A stretch of 63,077 nucleotides of DNA, the filler included, from Octopus bimaculoides (lineage: Eukaryota), in assembly GCF_001194135.2 (NCBI RefSeq). It is 6 parts of 6 records of this genome, joined end to end, with 100 filler letters (N's around TTAATTAATTAA, not from the genome) between each part and the next. Parts side by side here need not be neighbours in the genome. Positions count along the whole stretch, not along the records: positions 1 to 26,696 come from NC_068989.1; 5 more parts are not named here. The stretch is one strand, 5' to 3'. Position 1 is the stretch's first letter. Each line of letters opens with the position of its first letter. The notes beneath the pieces were generated by a model. It did not search any database and had not been told where the DNA came from. It saw only the letters and a list, made by a program, of their open reading frames with translations. Made by a program: the position numbers and the translations under genes. Positions 1 through 11,913 of this stretch are shown here, in pieces.

Positions 1-72
<72 letters not shown>
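1..72. repeat. (AC)n/(AT)n microsatellite (representative of dozens across the window)
   Basis: Direct dinucleotide run. Confidence 0.98.
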
Positions 73-73
<1 letters not shown>

Positions 74-399
74 GATAGATAGATATATATACGCACACAT
101 ACATAATCTATACTTTCATATATGTATACTTTTATGCATGTGTGTGTGTAAGAGATAGCTAGCTAGATAGATATGAATGATCATACATAAATTCCTGAAT
201 CCATGCAAGCGTGCGTACATATACACACATGTATATATGTGTTCGAGTATGTGTATGTATGTGTGTGTGTGTATGTGTGCGTGTGTGTATGCGTGAGCGT
301 ATGTCTGCATGTACATATATGTATGTGTTTGTATTTTCATATTTGAGTGCGTATTAGTCTACACAAAAAGAAGGAAAGAAGTACTCAATAGGCGAAGTA

Positions 400-830
400 A
401 GATTACATATATTGGTAGCTGAAAAAATTTCTTACTTTGCGTTTTGTCTTCGTCGATCTTCGGACGATTATCAAAAGTAGGGCATAATATTTTCTACATA
501 TTGAATATAAATGTAACAAAAACTTTGAATATTATAACGAGCATTTGTTGATTATTGATTAACCACGTGAATGTCGTTTTAAAATTAGGAAAACTTTTGA
601 CAGTTAGCATGGTAAGGTAAAGAGCAATTTTGGAGTTGTGTACAAAATCATTGGGAATCGAATTTTATCTGAGGACTTCATTGCCGATGGAAGAAAATAT
701 ATCTGAGTCTTGCTGTTTGTTGTTTATCAGATGATATCTGACTGATATCAAATTCACATTCAAAGGCTATCTAGGCTCATCTGGGTACATCTGAAGCCTA
801 CTCTTATTTTCTCAATAACTATCAATATCA
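400..830 (-). mobile_element. Highly degenerate Penelope-like GIY-YIG endonuclease remnant
   Basis: Minus-strand frames give YQSDII..TNSKTQIY, TFTWLINNQ and ARYNIQSFCYI, matching the order of PLE GIY-YIG motifs; many stops and frameshifts. Confidence 0.35.
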
Positions 831-879
831 CGATTTTTGTTAAAACTTCCACTGGATGTCAGGAAATTGTTTGGATATT

Positions 880-1240
880 TTAATTACTATGGGGGAAATT
901 ATACTTAAAATTAGATGGCCCGAACACATAAGCAATATGGAGCTAGGGCAAAAAACAAATCAAGTTTCGATTAGGGAGCAAATATTTAAGAAAAAGTGGA
1001 AGTTGATTGGTAGCACAATTAGAAAAGACACACCAAATGTAGCGAAAAATGCTTTACAGTGGAATCCGGATGGATATAGAAAGAAAGGTAGGCCTAAGAA
1101 CTCGTGGCGTAGATCAACACAAAAGGAACTAGAGAAAGGGGGACATTCAAGGCAGAGTATAAGTACAGAAGCGAGAAATTATGCGACATGGAATTCAATT
1201 ATAAGTGGCCTATACTCCGCGTTGGAGGGTTAAAGGCAAG
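880..1240 (+). mobile_element. RTE-clade LINE 3' fragment (ORF C-terminus)
   Basis: ORF 856-1233 contains ILKIRWPEHISNMEL...KKWKLIGSTIRK...ALQWNPDGYRKKGRPKNSWRR, the characteristic RTE C-terminal tail. Confidence 0.85.
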
Positions 1241-1254
1241 AAACAAAATGGGGG

Positions 1255-1680
1255 AAATTAGTCTCCAGACCAGCCAAGTGGCAGTACTGCAAATGTATTG
1301 TAGTTTGCATGTGTGTATATCTTTGAAATTTATGCCTCTGACAGAATTCAAGTTGTTGCTAACAAATTGACAATATTTATTTGAATGAAGACAGCTCTAA
1401 AAATTTGGAAAACCCCAGTATTTTCAGGGTTTTTATTACATATCTGTTGTTAGACAACCCCATGCACCTTACAATAAGTACGAATGAGAATCTACATCCA
1501 GGATACAAGACCTGTAAGTTCAGCATTAATTCACTATAGATATCCACTTTTTCAACAAATTTTGACGAGACTTTCACATCGGCAAACATAATTTTGTTGC
1601 TTTGATCTGCAGAACAAAACCAGGTCTACATGGTGTTTTTATTGGAATATTTTGCAATATTTCTTGTTTTAAAAGCGTGG
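1255..1680 (-). mobile_element. RLE-type (R4/Dong/NeSL-like) non-LTR retrotransposon 3' fragment
   Basis: ADVKVSSKFVEKVDIYSELMLNLQVLYPGCRFSFVLIV resembles the restriction-like endonuclease C-terminus; homologous to 56520-56900. Confidence 0.7.
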
Positions 1681-1794
1681 ATACATTTTGGTTCTGGTGT
1701 GTTTGCTATGTCAGTAAGAAAATGAAGTCGTATAAAGTTTCGGCAACAATGATGCAGGTAGTGATATAGTAATGATAACAATAGCAGAGTTCAA

Positions 1795-1942
1795 CAGGTA
1801 CTTTTTTTAATACTTATTTTGATGACTCGAAAGGATAAAAAGCAAAGTCGATCTCCGTAGAATTTGAGCCCAGAACGTAAAGACGGACAAAATGCTTAAA
1901 GGTATTTTGTCTGATATGCTAAAAATTCTGCAATCTCGCCGC
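1795..1942 (-). mobile_element. tRNA-derived SINE, family M (diverged copy)
   Basis: Homologous to 3715-3855, 4812-5112, 47270-47455, 55205-55440 and 57085-57200; the minus strand has A-box/B-box-like motifs. Confidence 0.75.
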
Positions 1943-2000
1943 ATTATCAATGATGATAATCTTTTCTACAGCAGACACAACACCTGAAATTTTAGAGGAG

Positions 2001-3704
2001 GGGATAAATCGGACATTTGGCCGACGGACATTTGACCGACGGACATTTGACCGACGGACATTTGACCGAGCAGACATTTGGTCAAGCGGACATTTGGCCA
2101 AGAGGACATTTGGTCGACGAACAAATTGGCCGAGCGAACATTTGGCTGAAGGACACTTGGCCGATCGGACAAATGATCGACGGACATTTGGCCAAGCGGA
2201 CACATGGGTTAACGGACATTTGGCCAAATGAAATTTTGAAGTGTGTATGTTTACTTCTAATTTGAAAAAATGGATAAATAGGATAAAAAGATAAAATCAT
2301 TGCATATAAATTTTTGGCAAATTTACCGAAGGATAAAAATATTAATTTAATGTAATCATTTTATTCAAATTTTATTCAAACAATTTAGCTACGCCCAAAC
2401 CAGACTAAAGTTAACTACCTTGCGTAGATGCTAATTCAGTCGCTATTCAGAAGCTGTGAGGCGTTGTGAAGTGAGTGTGTTTTACATTTATCCACATTAT
2501 TCTAGTTATAGTTTATATTTCAGCTATATACGATACATGTTATGTTGGATAAGAGTAATACAATTCCCTAAGTGTACTGCATCGCAAGGAACGAAAACCA
2601 AGCAACTCATGATTTGACTTTTAACACTCTCAAGCAAGTGAGACCTTAATCTTAATCCAGTTTCAATTGCCATTGACTATGAAAGGGCAGCTATTAATAG
2701 CATAGCAGCATGTTTCTCAAACGCAAGCATTTATGGATGCTTCTTCCATTTCGCCCAGCGCATATGGAGACAATTATAGGGCTTAGGACTACAGACTTGG
2801 TATAATAATCCAAGAAGTGTACTCATTGTCAAGTCTATTCAAGCTTTAGCATTTGTGCTGTCAGTGCCGTTGTTGAACGCTTCACCGAATTTGTCGCATC
2901 ACTAGATGAAGAAACTGATGGAATCCTATTTGAGTTTCTTAGCTACTGTGAAGTGATGTGGATTAGTATTTTGCAGCATGGGAGAAGAGGAAGACCAGCG
3001 TTTACACCCAATATGTGGAACACATTAGAGAAGAACACAAAGCCTTCCACAGACAACAAACTCTCTAGAAAGATGGTACAGAGGATTTAATCAGAGAGTG
3101 GTAATCACTCCACAATCAGTCATCCCACCATTTGCTGTCTGGTTTCAAAAATAAGAAGAGAGCCGTCTGATTGGGAGTTGACGTATGAGCAGGTAGCAGC
3201 AAACTTGGAATTGAGGAAACTGAAGTGCCAGATCTTAGACGCAAGACTGAAGTCTATCATTGATAAATATTAAGAGTATACCAGAATTGATTTCTTAAGA
3301 GCAATTGCCCACAATCTTTAAATTATTGTTTTCCTTTCTAATTTTTTTAAAAATAAAGCAATTACATTATAATTAAAATAAATACAATGTAATACAGCTT
3401 ATCGTTTACTAAATATAAAAATAATATATATATGTGTGTGTTTGTATTATGCAAAGATGTTATTTTTTTATCCTTTTTATCCTTCAGTAAATTTGCCAAA
3501 TGATTTTATCTTTTTATCATATTTATCACTTTTATCAAATTAGAAATAAAAATAAGCAATTAAAAATTTCATATTTGTCGGTCAAATGTCCGAAGATCAT
3601 ATGTCCGCTCGGCCAAATTTCCGTCGGCCAATTGTCCGTCGGCCAATTGTCCGTTTGCCAATATTTCGTCGGCCAATAGTCCGTCGGCCAAATGTACGGG
3701 AACC
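2001..3704 (+). mobile_element. Internally deleted MULE (Mutator-like) DNA transposon with long, tandem-repeat-containing TIRs
   Basis: About 2001-2340 and 3465-3704 are inverted copies (15-bp GGACATTTGGCCGAC-type arrays plus GGATAAAAAG-rich inner arm); transposase remnant lies between them. No clear TSD found. Confidence 0.88.
2540..3321 (+). pseudogene. MULE transposase remnant (catalytic domain C-terminal half)
   Basis: Translation gives PVSIAIDYERAAINSIAACFSNASIYGCFFHFAQRIWRQL*GLGLQTWY, later PQTTNSLERWYRGFNQR, HPTI and IDFLRAIAHNL*; stops and frameshifts present. Confidence 0.85.
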
Positions 3705-3714
3705 GTACTCGACT

Positions 3715-3851
3715 GACACTTATTTTAGCAACCCCGAAAGGATTAAAGGCAAAGTCGACCTCCTCAGAACTTAAACTCAGAACGTAAAAGACGGACGAAA
3801 TGCCGCTAAGCATTTTGCCCGGCGTACTAACGATTCTGCCAATTCGCTGCC

Positions 3852-3855
<4 letters not shown>
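3715..3855 (-). mobile_element. tRNA-derived SINE, family M
   Basis: Minus strand reads AAGGCAGCGAATTGGCAGAATCGTTAG...GAGTTTAAGTTCTG...GTCGACTTTGCCTTTAATCCTTTCGGGG; the head abuts (AAT)n. Confidence 0.85.

Positions 3856-3903
<48 letters not shown>
3853..3903. repeat. (AAT)n microsatellite
   Basis: Direct trinucleotide run. Confidence 0.98.
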
Positions 3904-3904
<1 letters not shown>

Positions 3905-3905
<1 letters not shown>

Positions 3906-4345
3906 GGCAGTGGCTCTCATGGCTTCTGATCTTCATTGATTGGAATTGTTATCATGTACATTGTTTTGCCTTGGTATAAAAGATGGGCTACAGCAAATAT
4001 TCTGCTCAATACCACAGATTTGCTTGTCAGTTGCTTGACCTTAACCAGTTGAGCATGTCCCTAGGTGGCTGACGATATGTGCATCTCTGATCATGAGCAG
4101 TAGTGGGGGAGCATCATAGCCATGTATTGAGTGGAATTCTTTGGGGTTTGAATAATTCACCTCTGGAAATATGGGTGTTTCGTTCATCATCCCTAAACAA
4201 ACCTTATTCAGGGTCCTTTTGAGAAGGACCCTGAAGGTTATGCGTTGTTTATCTTAATATGAGATCACCACGTTGTGTACATATGGTTGTGATGCATGTG
4301 CCTAGTGTACCCTTATCAGACGGGTGGTCATGATGGGTATATCCC
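3905..4345. mobile_element. Unclassified interspersed repeat between (AAT)n and the RLE fragment (possibly a UTR or non-autonomous derivative)
   Basis: Non-coding block recalled as an abundant cephalopod repeat; only one copy in this window, so repetitiveness is not shown here. Confidence 0.35.
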
Positions 4346-4349
4346 AGAA

Positions 4350-4800
4350 GGAGTTACTGAGAATGAAGATTCAGTGTCACCATCAGATTAAACATCGGAA
4401 ACATGACATTGCTGTGGTGAGCAGAAAAGAAAAGACATGCCTGATAAGTGATATAACGTGTCCCGGTGGCAACAGTATTGAAGAAAAAGAAGAAAAAGTG
4501 AGCAACTCAGATGAATTGAAGTGGGAGGTACGCAAATTATGGGCAATGAAGAAAATGGACGCGATGCCAATAGTGATTGGCGCGCTTGGAAGTATCAGCA
4601 CTCAACCACCAGCGAGGCACAAAAAAGATTGCTATAAATGTAAAGATAGAACACCTACAAAAATCAGCATTGTTTGGAACTGCAACAGTTCTCCGCAGGG
4701 TTCTTGAAGCAGGATTATTAAACAAGTGTCACCTTAGTCTGCTGGCTGTAGGCAACAAAATGCCCAGCAAAATAAGCTGAGAGTTTTCATTACAAAAAAA
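4350..4800 (+). mobile_element. R4/Dong-like non-LTR retrotransposon 3' end (RLE domain, 3'UTR, A-rich tail)
   Basis: KIQCHHQIKHRKHDIAVVSRKEKTCLISDITCPG...MPIVIGALGSI, then frameshifted VKIEHLQKSALFGTATVLRRVLEA; matches the PD..D RLE C-terminus. Confidence 0.85.
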
Positions 4801-4811
4801 AAATAACAAAA

Positions 4812-5112
4812 GTTTCGAAATTTGCCACCAGGGCAGTAGTTTTGAGGAGAGGGGATGAGTCGATTGCATCAACCCCAATGTTCAACTGGTACTTATTTTA
4901 TCGACCCCTAAAGGATAAAAGGCAAAGTCAATCTCTGCGAAATTTGAGTTCAGAACGTAAAGACGGGCGGAATACCGCTAAGCGTTTTACTCGGAGTGCT
5001 AACGATTCTGTAGAGTTGACCTCGGTGCTATTTGAACTTAGAACGGAAAGTCGGAAGAAATGCCGCTAAGCATTTTTTCCGGCGCAGTAACGATTCTGCC
5101 AACTCGCTGGCT
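4812..5112 (-). mobile_element. SINE family M with two tandem tRNA-like heads
   Basis: The head segment (GAACTCAGAACG...CCGCTAAGC...AACGATTCTG on + strand) occurs twice, at about 4925-5010 and 5012-5110. Confidence 0.8.
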
Positions 5113-5995
5113 TACTTAATAATAATGACAATAATGGGTCTTTAAATAGCAAAAATATTGTAGAAATTCTTAGATATGAGAGTTTGAGCAAATTTGGGAG
5201 CTCTGACAGTATTTATCCATGTATTAACACATGTATCTGTCTAGTTTTGTTTGTTTACGTGTGTACGTATGCACACGAGTACGTGTGTGTGTGTGAATAT
5301 GTGTGAGTATGTGCGTGTGTGTTTTTGTATGTCGCAAAGTATATAAAAATATATATTTTAAGTGGTACAAACNNNNNNNNNNNNNNNNNNNNNNNNNNNN
5401 NNNNNNNNNNNNNNNNNNNNNNNNNNNNNNNNNNNNNNNNNNNNNNNNNNNNNNNNNNNNNNNNNNNNNNNNNNNNNNNNNNNNNNNNNNNNNNNNNNNN
5501 NNNNNNNNNNNNNNNNNNNNNNNNNNNNNNNNNNNNNNNNNNNNNNNNNNNNNNNNNNNNNNNNNNNNNNNNNNNNNNNNNNNNNNNNNNNNNNNNNNNN
5601 NNNNNNNNNNNNNNNNNNNNNNNNNNNNNNNNNNNNNNNNNNNNNNNNNNNNNNNNNNNNNNNNNNNNNNNNNNNNNNNNNNNNNNNNNNNNNNNNNNNN
5701 NNNNNNNNNNNNNNNNNNNNNNNNNNNNNNNNNNNNNNNNNNNNNNNNNNNNNNNNNNNNNNNNNNNNNNNNNNNNNNNNNNNNNNNNNNNNNNNNNNNN
5801 NNNNNNNNNNNNNNNNNNNNNNNNNNNNNNNNNNNNNNNNNNNNNNNNNNNNNNNNNNNNNNNNNNNNNNNNNNNNNNNNNNNNNNNNNNNNNNNNNNNN
5901 NNNNNNNNNNNNNNNNNNNNNNNNNNNNNNNNNNNNNNNNNNNNNNNNNNNNNNNNNNNNNNNNNNNNNNNNNNNNNNNNNNNNNNNNNNNNNNN

Positions 5996-6075
<80 letters not shown>

Positions 6076-6460
6076 CAGGCTCACACACACACACGCGCGC
6101 ATTCATGCCCGTTTCAAACTTCGGCGTGATGTTTATCACCCACAATGTGTCTGCTCGCACGCAATTGCACCTGTTTCTGAAGATCGGTTTCTGTTTGTTT
6201 TCTTTGGTGATAACAGAGAGTCTGTCTATCACGTGTGTAAAAGCTAGACACGTGATAGACAGACATGTTGGAATGACGTTGGTTTCCGATATATGTAACG
6301 ATAGCAGTAAGAGCTTCTGAATATTATTTAACGCAGCTCAATAAACATGTTTGTGTGTGGTATCAAGTAGCGAGGTGTCTGTCTGCCTGCCCTTCTATTG
6401 TCTAGCTTTGTGTGTATCTATGTAACAATCAGTCTCTCTATCTTTATTTATCTCTCGTAA

Positions 6461-6514
<54 letters not shown>

Positions 6515-6644
6515 GTATAACGTGGACTAACCAGCGCTGAATGAAAAATAGTTATGTACAGTCCTAGTTAACATTTCGTATGTACTCGAACGTGGAAAGA
6601 CAGAAGTTGTCTCGAGAGAAGAAATTCTCCTTATAGACAATATG

Positions 6645-6724
6645 GAAGCGTCTTGTACTATAACCTCGGGTCAATCAAAGCTTTATGAGTGGATTTGGTA
6701 GATGAAAACAGAAAAGACCTCATC

Positions 6725-6773
<49 letters not shown>

Positions 6774-6992
6774 TAATCCCCCGCACCGCTAAACAACCAG
6801 TATTGGTTTATTCATTTATGTCTCCAATATTCATTTATGTCCCCATAACTTAGCGGTTCGACAAAGAGGCCGATAGAATAAGTATCAGATTTTTTAAAAA
6901 TGCACCGGTGTCGATTTGTTCGACTAAACCTTTCAAGGCGGTGCTCCAGTATGACCGCAATCCAATGACTGAAAGAAGTAACTGATAAAAGA
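6645..6992 (+). mobile_element. SINE family C (CORE-like, internal microsatellite), 5'-truncated
   Basis: Homologous to 20770-21077, 25275-25692 and 27580-27972 (CTACTATAGCCTCGGG...GTGGATTTGGTAGA...AAGGCGGTGCTCCAG). Confidence 0.85.
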
Positions 6993-7205
6993 TAATATAC
7001 TTAAACATATCCTTTTTGCAAGGTGTGTCCATTATCATTTGCATGCCATCCTCTTCAGTCTAACGCTTCTCTCTACTGCAATTCCATATCCGCCTGATTT
7101 CAAAACTGCTTGTTCCAGTGCAAATTCTGGTATCTAATTTCTCTCTTATTGTTTCCAACTGCGGCACTACCTTGTCGAGGGCAACACCCGTATAGTCTGT
7201 AATTA

Positions 7206-7474
7206 TAATAATAAAATAATAAATGTGCCCTTTTTAAAGCCTATCCAGGCTCATGGGCCCGGTTTCCCGGTTTCAATGGCGTATGTGTTCCCCAGCTGGA
7301 CGGGACGCCAGTCCATCGCAGGATTACTCATTTTTGTCAGCTGAGTGGACTGGAGCAACGTGAAATGAAGTATTTTGCTCAAGAACACAACGCGTCACCT
7401 GGTCCAGGAATCGAAACCACAATCTTAGGATCATGATGCTGACACCCTAACCACTCAGCCACGCGCCTCCACAC
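7206..7474 (-). mobile_element. Full-length tRNA-derived SINE, head B + tail 2, with 12-bp TSD
   Basis: Minus strand starts GGAGGCGCGTGGCTGAGTGGTTAGG...GGTTTCGATTCC; AGTCTGTAATTA is repeated at 7194-7205 and 7475-7486. Confidence 0.92.
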
Positions 7475-7681
7475 AGTCTGTAATTACTGCGGTGTAAATT
7501 CAACCAACCACCTGAAGTACATCATACCAGAAGTACAGGTAACAGAGAGAAGCGAAATCACAGAGAACAGGTAAAGAACCTTGTGCTGCTGCTGCTCTTT
7601 TTGTATCTATATTTCTATGTGGATTCCGAAGAGTCTGAATCGCAGTGAGTCATGATTCGCCTTTAAAAACACCTTGTTTGT

Positions 7682-7970
7682 TCGCATGGCTTAGTGATTT
7701 AGAGTATTCGTCTCAGGATCGTAATGTCGTGAGTTCGATGCTAGGTGGAGCATTGTGTCCTTTATTTCCCACTTAATTTCCCGTTGCTCTCGTCCAGCTG
7801 GCAAAAATGAGTTGCACCTGTATTTCAGCGTGACACATTCTAGGTCACGCTGAAATACAGGTGCGCATGTCTATGGAGTGCTCAACCACTTGCAAGTTAA
7901 TTTCACGGGCATGCCGTTCTGTTGACTGGATCAACTGGAACCCTCGTCGTCGCAACAGACGGAATGGCAG
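7682..7970 (+). mobile_element. tRNA-derived SINE, head B + tail 1 (rearranged, contains perfect hairpin)
   Basis: 5' half matches the 7206-7474 head; 3' half matches the tails of 33912-34268 and 54238-54631. Confidence 0.85.
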
Positions 7971-9014
7971 TTTGTTCATTAATGCAATGAAACTTAATTA
8001 AGAACAACGGACAGTTTATTAAGTTAAGCGTTAATAAGCTTGAAAGAACACTAACGTAATATNNNNNNNNNNATAATTATAATTAAGGGCACTGAAGGTA
8101 CAGCACTTATATGCTAGAGATAGATATGCAATCAACAGATAACCTCCTAAACATTAGAGATGAGACTTTCTCTCCTTGCTTGCACAAACAATATTTTGCA
8201 CAATATTTTACACTCAACTATTTTAAAGAAGTACCCCTGTACGTTAGGGTAACCCTGCCAGGATAGCCTCTTTCCTAAATGTGAATGCACATAGCACACC
8301 AACTTCACACAAGGAAGAAATATGCCCCAATGACGAACTACTTCAGCACAAAGTATAAGAACACCATGTCCAGAACAAAAACAAAACGCAAAATAATGCA
8401 AACAAACTGATAAACTGATCACAAAATATTTTGCCCAAAACACAAATTCAACGGAGATAAATATCCAGAAGATGTCACTCAAGAGTAACGTGCCTTAATT
8501 CATTGATTCATTGTTTTATTTACGCGAATTTACGAGAAATCCTGTGGACGAAGCGAGACTGTTTTCCAAAATGGAGATGAACACCTTTCTCCTTATGATA
8601 AGCTTGAAAAATTGTTAAGGCACTAGGATATTTTCCTACTTTTCTCAACATGAAACCAACCGTAGCCTTAATTCACAAATAAAGAAATTATATCTACCAA
8701 TGCGGTGTTGAGCACTCATTTCCATCGTTCGACATTTACGTGTATATATATATAAACACACACACACACACACACACAGAAGAGAAAGAGATTCCTATCG
8801 TAGCGTCATGAGTAAGATGTTCGGGGAGGACATAAAAAAGGGAAGAATAAGAGGCAAAACATTGAGAAAAGAGCTCTGAAGGTACAGACGGAATTCCAGA
8901 GTAGCAAGAGACAGACAAGAGCAAAATATAAATACGTGAGTGCGTGCGTGTGAGTGTCTGTGTGCGCGTGAGCTGGTGCTTTTCTATCGCTATTTTTCTC
9001 TCCTCTTATGTCCT

Positions 9015-9055
9015 TTGTGTAGAAGAGCGTATATTCGAAACGTAAAAGACTTTCT
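9015..9055 (+). ncRNA. Degenerate hammerhead-like motif
   Basis: TAGAAGAgcgtatattCGAAACGTA; GAAAC-GTA is retained but the core has A at U4 and stem II is poor. Confidence 0.3.
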
Positions 9056-9169
9056 TCCAGTTTTACTGAACGTAAACATAATACATACAGTTTCTTTTTG
9101 TTTTTTTACCTCGTTCTCTTTTTTATTTTTGCAACACACACACACACAAACATATACTTATATATATAA

Positions 9170-9226
<57 letters not shown>

Positions 9227-9729
9227 CATGTGTGTATACATATACACCTATATGTGTATGTATATTTATATATATATGTATGTATATATATATATATATA
9301 TATACACCCATACACACACGCACACACTCACATATTTCAATAGCCTCAGCATGTTAAAAACGAATCGCATTATAATAGCAAACCTTAAAAAAGAAAACAA
9401 GACGTAGGGCTAGTTAACCTCAGAGATACCCCATGGAAACCTCACAGATATCTATAATCCCTTCAAATATTCAACAGGTAACTAAATATGTGTCTTCCTA
9501 AGGTTGGGCTTCTAAATAATATATCTTGGCCACCTGAAAGAACATAAACCTGCCAATCATGTAATAAACGTCTTTTTTCTTCTATCGGGGGCTACTGAGG
9601 GAGGACATGTCTGTTCACAATGGCAAATGTCAGGTTTCCACATTGAACTCATTAACAAGCAATGACTATATTCATAGTTGGGTCGATTCCCATCATAACC
9701 TGTCTGCTTGTCTATTTCTCTCTCTCTCT

Positions 9730-9782
<53 letters not shown>

Positions 9783-10030
9783 NNNNNNNNNNNNNNNNNN
9801 NNNNNNNNNNNNNNNNNNNNNNNNNNNNNNNNNNNNNNNNNNNNNNNNNNNNNNNNNNNNNNNNNNNNNNNNNNNNNNNNNNNNNNNNNNNNNNNNNNNN
9901 NNNNNNNNNNNNNNNNNNNNNNNNNNNNNNNNNNNNNNNNNNNNNNNNNNNNNNNNNNNNNNNNNNNNNNNNATATATATATGTGCGTGTATGTATATAT
10001 ATATATATATAATATATATATATGTGCGTG

Positions 10031-10079
<49 letters not shown>

Positions 10080-10564
10080 GTGTGTGTGCGTGTTATTCTA
10101 TGTACGTTTGTACACATTTATCTACGTGTGTGTGCGTGTGTGTATATATTTATGTCCATACCAAGCCTTGAGCTGTCAACTCACTCTTGTCCTTTATTCA
10201 AAATAGACAGTCTTCTCATCTTAGATTTAAAAGTTCATAAAGAGATAAATGGATTAAAAATGAATGACAATGCCTTACAACCCTCGAACCCACTATGCTC
10301 CATTCGATTTTTAGAAGTGTAGTCTATTCTTAGTTACAATAGCGACAAAATGAATCTCTTCCACCTTCTTGCTCTGTTAAAATATTTGAGAAAAATTATA
10401 TTAATGTGTCCTACTTGTTAAAATTCCATTTATTTATTTGTGCAGCTGAAGATGGCATTTTATTTAAATTGATGTGATGATTGCATTTTTCAATTAAATG
10501 GAGCCACTTGAAACAGTCGTACTGCATCAGTAGCTAGCTTGATATCCTATTGCTTATTTTGATA

Positions 10565-10596
<32 letters not shown>

Positions 10597-10768
10597 NNNN
10601 NNNNNNNNNNNNNNNNNNNNNNNNNNNNNNNNNNNNNNNNNNNNNNNNNNNNNNNNNNNNNNNNNNNNNNNNNNNNNNNNNNNNNNNNNNNNNNNNNNNN
10701 NNNNNNNNNNNNNNNNNNNNNNNNNNNNNAGACAGACAGACAGACAGACAGAGTGAGAAAGAGAGAGA

Positions 10769-11537
10769 CCAAAGTGTACGTACGCCGCTATATTTTTTTA
10801 CATATAAAAAATACAAAAATGGGGCAAGAACGCAAAACATCCAGACAGACGATACAAAGAAAAGAAGGAGCGGTCATTCGAAGTTTTCTTTCCTCAGTAG
10901 AGTTCCAGATTATCGGCTGGTTATACTTGAGATTGCTCCAATCTGGCCAGCCCCAAAGAAAAACTAAGCTAAGAGCATTAGATACCTTGGAAGAAAGCAG
11001 CGAATGTATACGAAAACAAGGACGGAGAAAAAACAGAGAAATGGTACACAAATACAAATAGCAGGACATTAACAACGGATGTCTTTCGACTAAGGACGAA
11101 TTAAATTAAGCTGGCGTGTGTGGAAGTAAAGCCTTACGGCAGGGACATAGGATTAGACAGGCACAGGGAGGCATATAGATGTTGCACGGATAGTAGTTGA
11201 ACCAAGGAAGAAAGGTCAGGCTTGGCCGAACACTGGTCACGTGGGGAGAGAAGAGAGAGGTAGAGGCAGAGGGATAGAAGAATTAAGGAGGGGCGCAAAA
11301 AAATGAAAGGGACAGAGTGAAGTGAAAGAGGGGGAAGGTGAGTATGAAGAGAAGGCCAGGAAATGTGAGAGGGGGAACGAAAGAACGAAGAGTGGAATGA
11401 GCGAAGTAAGTATGAAGGGGCTGATAGAAAGAAGGAAAGAACGAAAGAATTGAAAGAATAATTGAGTCGTAAAAAATTAACATATATATATACTTACATA
11501 TAAATGGCCAAAGTGTACGTACGCCGCTATATTTTTT
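10769..11537 (-). mobile_element. ~740-bp unclassified repeat unit bounded by a perfect 30-bp direct repeat (monomer plus partial tandem)
   Basis: CCAAAGTGTACGTACGCCGCTATATTTTTT at 10769-10798 and 11508-11537; body homologous, inverted, to 13760-14340. Confidence 0.7.
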
Positions 11538-11538
11538 A

Positions 11539-11913
11539 TCGCAGTACGAGTTTAATTCGTTCCACGACAGAGCTCCTGTTACGATTCACTCGTTTTACAA
11601 ATCAATTTTTCCCCACTGAAATTAACTAAAATATAATTTATCCGTTCCATCCCGCCAAAACCACTCAAAAATAATTTTTATGGGTTTTAAAACAGAAAAG
11701 GTGTAGTTACAAGTAAAATGACAATTATAAGAAAGACAATGCAAAAGAAATATGTAAACTGGTTTTATTACCTGATTTACCTTAAAGATGTGACGATTTG
11801 TGACCTCGTACTGCAGATTTCCGCTCGTACTTCAAGACAGAAATTCGCACGAGTCTCGGCTCGCACAGCAAATTACTCGTACAATGGTGCACTCGTACTG
11901 CGAGGTTCTACTG
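11539..11913. mobile_element. pogo/Tigger-like MITE, left TIR truncated
   Basis: Right end CTCGTACTGCGAGGTTCTACTG (reverse complement CAGTAGAACCTCGCAGTACGAG); left end retains TCGCAGTACGAG, abutting the 10769-11537 unit. Confidence 0.75.

Noticed and set aside
449-483. TTGATAA-stem-GAAGAC hammerhead-like motif on the minus strand
   Set aside because: GAAA is broken, there is no NUH or stem I, and it overlaps the putative PLE endonuclease C-terminus.
2010-2228. 15-bp and 20-bp (15342-15417) tandem arrays as CRISPR-like arrays
   Set aside because: No unique spacers, eukaryotic context, and they lie inside transposons.
1919-3936. Periodic ORFs (RRTFD, GQMSV, RRPIV) in several frames
   Set aside because: Products of the 15-bp MULE TIR arrays; open in multiple frames on both strands.
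7030-7200. Minus-strand VITDYTGVALDKVVPQ...WNKQ...REAL resembling a Ty3/Gypsy RNase H
   Set aside because: Needs several frameshifts and there is no other LTR-element evidence nearby.
8140-10560. Non-repetitive blocks at 8140-8500, 9400-9720 and 10180-10560 as exons or retroelement pieces
   Set aside because: Stops in all frames and only vague motif similarity; left unannotated.
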